From: Promethearchaeota archaeon
GTDB lineage: Archaea > Asgardarchaeota > Odinarchaeia > Odinarchaeales > JBHLKK01
Direction: 5' to 3'
Length of the DNA: 19,592 nt
Assembly: GCA_048939465.1 (NCBI GenBank)
Contig: JBHLPL010000027.1
Coordinates: 1-19,592, forward strand
Part shown: one piece after another, positions 15,728 through 19,592 of the stretch
Numbering within the stretch: position 1 is the stretch's first letter
Layout: every line of letters starts with the position of its first letter
The notes under the pieces: generated by a model
What the model saw: only the letters and a program-made list of their open reading frames with translations
The model's database searches: none
Told to the model about the DNA's origin: nothing
Program-made: the position numbers and the translations under genes

Positions 15728-16777
15728 TTAATGAGGTCTCTTAGCCATTTCCAGCCGGTTCATGCTGTCTTCTATTATTCCCAAAGATACCTTTTGCTGA
15801 TCAATTGTGATTGCCATTTTTGGCGATAAATAGGCTATTTTTGCCAGTTCGAAGATATTCGGAAAACGCTTGTCGTAATCTTCTTCCCAACGAATGTGGT
15901 CCTCAACCGTCAGATGATTTTCAAACAGAAGCGTGTTGTATCTTCCTAAGCTAATCCTTAGAGCAATAGGAATGTGAGGATCTGCCTTTAGTTCCTCCAA
16001 TGCCTTCTTATTCTCTCTGATCGCTGCCAACACATACACTAACAGATAGTTGGGAGGGACGAAGAAATTGGGGAATCTGCAGATAGGAGGCAAGATGACT
16101 CCTTCGTTTGTCAAGTGGGATATCCTCCTGAAAACTGTTTTCCGGTGGATTCCCAGCGTTTTCGATAGATAGCTTTCATTGACTCCTATGCCTTCGCCTC
16201 GAATTAGGGTTCCCAATACCTGAATGCTCGTTTCATCAAACCGAAAACCGTTAATCTCCAGCTCTCCTTTTTCGCTGAATCTTTCTTCTATCAGTTTTAT
16301 GGCAGCATTAGGTGAATATTTCATCATTCTTTTGGTAGTAAAAAACGAGGGAAACGAAGGCTTTCTAGTTGCTCTCGACGGGATCTTGTTCTCCTCGACG
16401 AGCGATTCCCTCCATACCATGTATTGATGAATATCCTTGTGGAATTGAAAAAGAATGGTATTGTGTTCTTCTGATTTGAACTTGAAAGCAGCGAAAATGT
16501 GTTTATCATTTACAATCCAATCATGAATCTTCTTTTCGTTTGGCAGATCTGCGCGGACAACAACCAGAAGCGGATATACTTCGTATAATCCCATGAATGG
16601 GCATATCGGTCTGTCGAGTATTCTTTGAGAGAAAAGCGCCTCAACTCTGTTTCTTATAGTATTTCTATGTCGCCCAAGCTTTTTTGAAAGATAGCTGAGA
16701 TTGACATTTACGCCTCTGCCGGAGCACAGTTCCTTTAATAGTAGCAGGTTTAACTTGTTTCTTAGCAATTCTTTCAT
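15728..16777 (-). CDS. Tandem-duplicated Lrp/AsnC-like (wHTH + RAM/ACT-like) transcriptional regulator
   Basis: Two internal repeats: VNLSYLSKKLGRHRNTIRNRVEAL..PIC.F..NTILF..W and VNESYLSKTLGIHRKTVFRRISHL..PIC.F..NTLLF..W. Confidence 0.72.
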   Translation of the reverse strand: MKELLRNKLNLLLLKELCSGRGVNVNLSYLSKKLGRHRNTIRNRVEALFSQRILDRPICPFMGLYEVYPLLVVVRADLPNEKKIHDWIVNDKHIFAAFKFKSEEHNTILFQFHKDIHQYMVWRESLVEENKIPSRATRKPSFPSFFTTKRMMKYSPNAAIKLIEERFSEKGELEINGFRFDETSIQVLGTLIRGEGIGVNESYLSKTLGIHRKTVFRRISHLTNEGVILPPICRFPNFFVPPNYLLVYVLAAIRENKKALEELKADPHIPIALRISLGRYNTLLFENHLTVEDHIRWEEDYDKRFPNIFELAKIAYLSPKMAITIDQQKVSLGIIEDSMNRLEMAKRPH

Positions 16778-16800
16778 GAGCGTGCATATATTTTGCTAAT

Positions 16801-16815
16801 TTTATATATTTTTCT
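16801..16815 (-). promoter_or_regulatory. BRE/TATA of the tandem regulator (leaderless)
   Basis: Minus strand CAGAAAAA-TATATAAA ending 24 nt before ATG 16777; no RBS upstream of that ATG. Confidence 0.6.
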
Positions 16816-16979
16816 GTGCCAAAAATTCCTATTACTGACAAAGGATGACCGAGTTCATTATGTTTTATTTATCATAGATTTTTATACAAAATTGCTAATC
16901 TTGTTTAACTGCTACTGCAATATTGTTGTAGGGAACCTTGAGACCAAAATGTGTCAAGACCTCGACTTGAAGCAAATGA

Positions 16980-17045
16980 TTTATAAACATAAAGTATATA
17001 TCCAACTTTCCCTTCAAGCCAATCTTAATCAAAATAACCTGGAGG
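16980..17045 (+). promoter_or_regulatory. gdhA promoter and RBS
   Basis: TTTATAAA at 16980-16987 (alternative TATA-like GTATATA near 16994-17000); GGAGG at 17041-17045, 7 nt before ATG 17053. Confidence 0.55.
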
Positions 17046-17052
17046 AAGTAAG

Positions 17053-18309
17053 ATGTCTAGAAGTAAAATAGATCCATATGATGTTGCCCTGGAGCAGCTA
17101 GAAATAGCCGCTAATATGCTAAAACTGGAACCGTGGATACATGAAAATCTTAAACAGCCAAAGAGAATATTGACAGTATCTGTTCCTGTGAAAATGGACA
17201 GCGGCGACGTAAAGGTCTTCACGGGCTATAGAGTGCAACACAACGATGCCCGGGGTCCACACAAAGGGGGAATCAGATATCATCCAGATGTGACACTCAG
17301 TGAAGTCAAGGCTTTAGCGATGTGGATGACCTGGAAATGTGCGGTTTTGGATGTTCCACTTGGGGGAGGAAAAGGAGGAATAATCTGCAATCCAAAGCAA
17401 ATGTCTCAGAGCGAAATTGAGCGAATGAGCAGACGATACTTCTACATGATCATGGATATAATAGGTCCGCGCAGAGACATCCCAGCACCAGACGTTTACA
17501 CAAATCCACAGACCATGGCGTGGATGATGGACACCTACAGCATGGTTAAGAGAAAGCCCGTTTTTGAGATCATCACAGGAAAGCCCCTTACCGTACAAGG
17601 ATCAGAAGGAAGAAATGAGGCAACTTCGCGTGGCGCTTTATTCTGTACAAGGGAAGCAGTTAGAAGGACCATGAATTCAGGTCTAAAAGGTTTGAAAGCG
17701 TCTGTCCAGGGCTATGGAAATGTTGGATGGAATGCTGCCAAGCTACTACATGAAGAGGGCGTCAAGATTTTGGCAGTCAGCGACTCCAGAGGCGGAATAT
17801 TCAATGCCGATGGTCTTGACCCTGTAAAAGTCTACGAACATAAGAAGGAAACTGGCTCCGTCGTGGACTTCCCTGGCACTGACAGAATTACAAACGAAGA
17901 AGTCCTTGAAGTAGATTGCGACGTCCTAGTTCCGGCTGCCCTTGAGAATCAAATAACGAAAGCAAATGCAGACAGAATCAAGGCAAAGGTGGTTGTTGAG
18001 GGAGCCAATGGACCCACATCACCAGAAGCCGACCAGATACTCCATGAACGCGAAGCTTTAGTCGTTCCAGATATTCTGGCAAATGCCGGCGGTGTAACGG
18101 TTAGCTACTTTGAATGGGTACAAAACCTATACCGGGAGTACTGGCCTGAGGACCAAGTCAACGCTAAGCTCGAGGCAAAGATCGTAAAATCGTTCAATGA
18201 CACATATGAAATCCTTCAAAATCATAAGGTTAACATGAGGACAGCTGCCTTAATGCTAGGTGTTGGGAGAGTAGCGGAAGCAATGAAAACACGTGGGATC
18301 TGGCCATGA
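17053..18309 (+). CDS. gdhA: Glu/Leu/Phe/Val dehydrogenase family, glutamate dehydrogenase
   Basis: [68 protein letters not shown]. Confidence 0.96.
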   Translation: MSRSKIDPYDVALEQLEIAANMLKLEPWIHENLKQPKRILTVSVPVKMDSGDVKVFTGYRVQHNDARGPHKGGIRYHPDVTLSEVKALAMWMTWKCAVLDVPLGGGKGGIICNPKQMSQSEIERMSRRYFYMIMDIIGPRRDIPAPDVYTNPQTMAWMMDTYSMVKRKPVFEIITGKPLTVQGSEGRNEATSRGALFCTREAVRRTMNSGLKGLKASVQGYGNVGWNAAKLLHEEGVKILAVSDSRGGIFNADGLDPVKVYEHKKETGSVVDFPGTDRITNEEVLEVDCDVLVPAALENQITKANADRIKAKVVVEGANGPTSPEADQILHEREALVVPDILANAGGVTVSYFEWVQNLYREYWPEDQVNAKLEAKIVKSFNDTYEILQNHKVNMRTAALMLGVGRVAEAMKTRGIWP

Positions 18310-18329
18310 ATTGAAATTCACTCATGAAA

Positions 18330-18366
18330 GAATTCGTTTTGGAGATCTAATTTTATCTCCGAATTC
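18330..18366 (+). terminator. Stem-loop downstream of gdhA
   Basis: GAATTC-N5-GGAGAT-N8-ATCTCC-GAATTC followed by CCTTTT, about 20 nt after the stop codon. Confidence 0.4.
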
Positions 18367-18528
18367 CCTTTTGGGCCCAATTCTCATTCAGATGCCGGAA
18401 TATCAGAAGATAGCAGGAAAGAGCGCAATAGGCAAAGAGATATATTTTAATGTTAGACGTTAAATACTACATTCAGTAGACTTCGACGATTGAGCCTGTA
18501 CCACTGATCAGTCTTTGAAGGTTTGATC

Positions 18529-19374
18529 ATGTTTAAAATATTGGAAAATGAAGAACTCGCTCCCGGAGTCAAGAAATTCACAATAATGGCACCCAGAATT
18601 GCCAAGAGAGCCATAGCGGGCCAATTCTTCATCTTAAGAATAGATGAGAGAGGAGAACGAATCCCTCTTACTCTCTATAAATGGAATCCAACCAAGGGCA
18701 CGATCTCCTTCATTTTTAAAGAAGTAGGATTAACAACCAAGAGACTAGGCATGTTAAAGGAAGGGAATTATATTCTGGATGTTGTCGGTCCTCTAGGTCA
18801 TGTTCCCGAGTTGAAGCATTATGGTGAAGTCGCGGTCGTGGCTGGGGGAGTAGGAATCGCATCTGCATACCCCAGAATTGAAGCATTAAGATCCGTGAAC
18901 AACCGATTAGTCGCAATATACGGTGCAAAAACCGCATCAGAACTTATTCTCGTTGATGAGCTGAAAGCCGTAACTGATGAGCTTATCATTTGCACAGATG
19001 ATGGATCAGAGGGATTGAAAGGTTTTACTTCTCAGATCCTCGAGGGATTACTGATTAAAGGGAGGAAATTCGACCTCGTGTTCGCGGTCGGACCTGCACT
19101 CATGATGCGAGCCGTTGCTGAAGTTACGAGGTCTCGCAATGTGAAGACGCTAGTGAGTCTTAACCCGATAATGGTTGATGGAACGGGCATGTGTGGAACC
19201 TGTAGAGTATCAGTAGGTGGGGAGACTAAATTCGGCTGCGTGGACGGCCCGGAGTTTGATGCGCACGAAGTAGACTTTAATGAGCTCCTAGCCCGGCTGC
19301 GGGCGTATTACAAGGAGGAGCAGTTAGCTTTGGAAGACTCCGAGAGAAGATCAGAAGGTGAGACTCATGACTAG
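18529..19374 (+). CDS. nfnA: Electron-bifurcating transhydrogenase small subunit NfnA / sulfide dehydrogenase SudB (FAD, [2Fe-2S])
   Basis: AGQFFILRIDERGERIPLT, GPLG, GGVGIA, TDDGSEG, MVDGTGMCGTCRV...CVDGPEFD. ATG 18529 preferred over TTG 18523 on spacing from the AAGGT RBS. Confidence 0.92.
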   Translation: MFKILENEELAPGVKKFTIMAPRIAKRAIAGQFFILRIDERGERIPLTLYKWNPTKGTISFIFKEVGLTTKRLGMLKEGNYILDVVGPLGHVPELKHYGEVAVVAGGVGIASAYPRIEALRSVNNRLVAIYGAKTASELILVDELKAVTDELIICTDDGSEGLKGFTSQILEGLLIKGRKFDLVFAVGPALMMRAVAEVTRSRNVKTLVSLNPIMVDGTGMCGTCRVSVGGETKFGCVDGPEFDAHEVDFNELLARLRAYYKEEQLALEDSERRSEGETHD

Positions 19375-19592
19375 CAAGTCAACCAAAAAAATCCTACCTC
19401 AACCTATGCCCAAACTCTCGGTTGAGAAGAGAAGAGTTTCCTTTGAGGAAGTAGCTTTGGGCTACGATTGGGATAGCGCTATCCTAGAAGCAACAAGATG
19501 CCTGCAATGCAAAGATGCCCCCTGCATCGGCGGATGTCCTGCTGGAATAGATATTCCTCGATTCATTCGATGCATACAAGAAGATAATCCTG
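19367..19592 (+). CDS. nfnB: NfnB / SudA (GltD-like) large subunit, 3'-truncated; missing from the ORF track
   Basis: My translation: MTSKSTKKILPQPMPKLSVEKRRVSFEEVALGYDWDSAILEATRCLQCKDAPCIGGCPAGIDIPRFIRCIQEDNP, with the FEEVxLGY and CxxCx4CxxxCP motifs. GAAGGTGA RBS; 8-nt overlap with the nfnA stop. Confidence 0.9.
   Translation, partial: MTSKSTKKILPQPMPKLSVEKRRVSFEEVALGYDWDSAILEATRCLQCKDAPCIGGCPAGIDIPRFIRCIQEDNP

Noticed and set aside
16793-17071. 92-aa ORF across the regulator/gdhA intergenic region
   Set aside because: Low-complexity AT-rich translation spanning both promoters; no RBS.
7587-18526. 11-mer TGAAGGTTTGA shared by the ilvC leader (7587-7597 minus) and the nfnA RBS (18516-18526)
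   Set aside because: Explained by an RBS-like core plus chance; the contexts differ.
352-18937. Remaining short ORF-track entries nested in or antisense to the called genes (e.g. 616-1005, 3220-3573, 9872-10282, 14864-15415)
   Set aside because: Fully overlap well-supported genes and carry no motifs.
1-19592. Genome-wide TAG recoding, CRISPR arrays, IS elements, tRNA/rRNA
   Set aside because: TAG ends several complete genes (helicase, thiN, creatininase, nfnA). By eye I found no spaced direct repeats, transposase, terminal inverted repeats or RNA-gene signatures; tRNAscan-SE and Infernal would be needed to exclude small RNAs.

Overview
Archaeal chromosomal segment: TATA/BRE-type promoters, GGAGG/GGTGA ribosome-binding sites, an eL13 gene and a Hel308-like gene point to a TACK/Asgard-type lineage (inference). 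About 19 genes, mostly metabolic: thiN, a thrC-like PLP enzyme, ilvC, pheA, two HAD hydrolases, a flavin reductase, a creatininase-family enzyme and an OCD/AlaDH-family enzyme, plus gdhA followed by an nfnA/nfnB (sudB/sudA) pair. The first and last genes are cut by the window edges. I saw no rRNA, tRNA, CRISPR array or mobile element. Most unusual items: (1) a Hel308/Ski2-like protein with eroded ATPase motifs, a SWIM zinc finger inserted in its winged-helix region and no C-terminal HhH domain; (2) eL13 fused through a Lys/Glu-rich linker to a Rad51-N-like (HhH)2 domain; (3) a single-chain tandem Lrp/AsnC-like regulator between AlaDH/OCD and the divergent gdhA-nfnAB genes, with a repeated candidate operator; (4) a HAD gene that needs either a CTG start or read-through of one amber codon; (5) a stand-alone TrmB-C-terminal-like beta domain ending in eight arginines. 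Several ORF-track starts are corrected below. All family assignments come from motif recognition by eye, not database searches.
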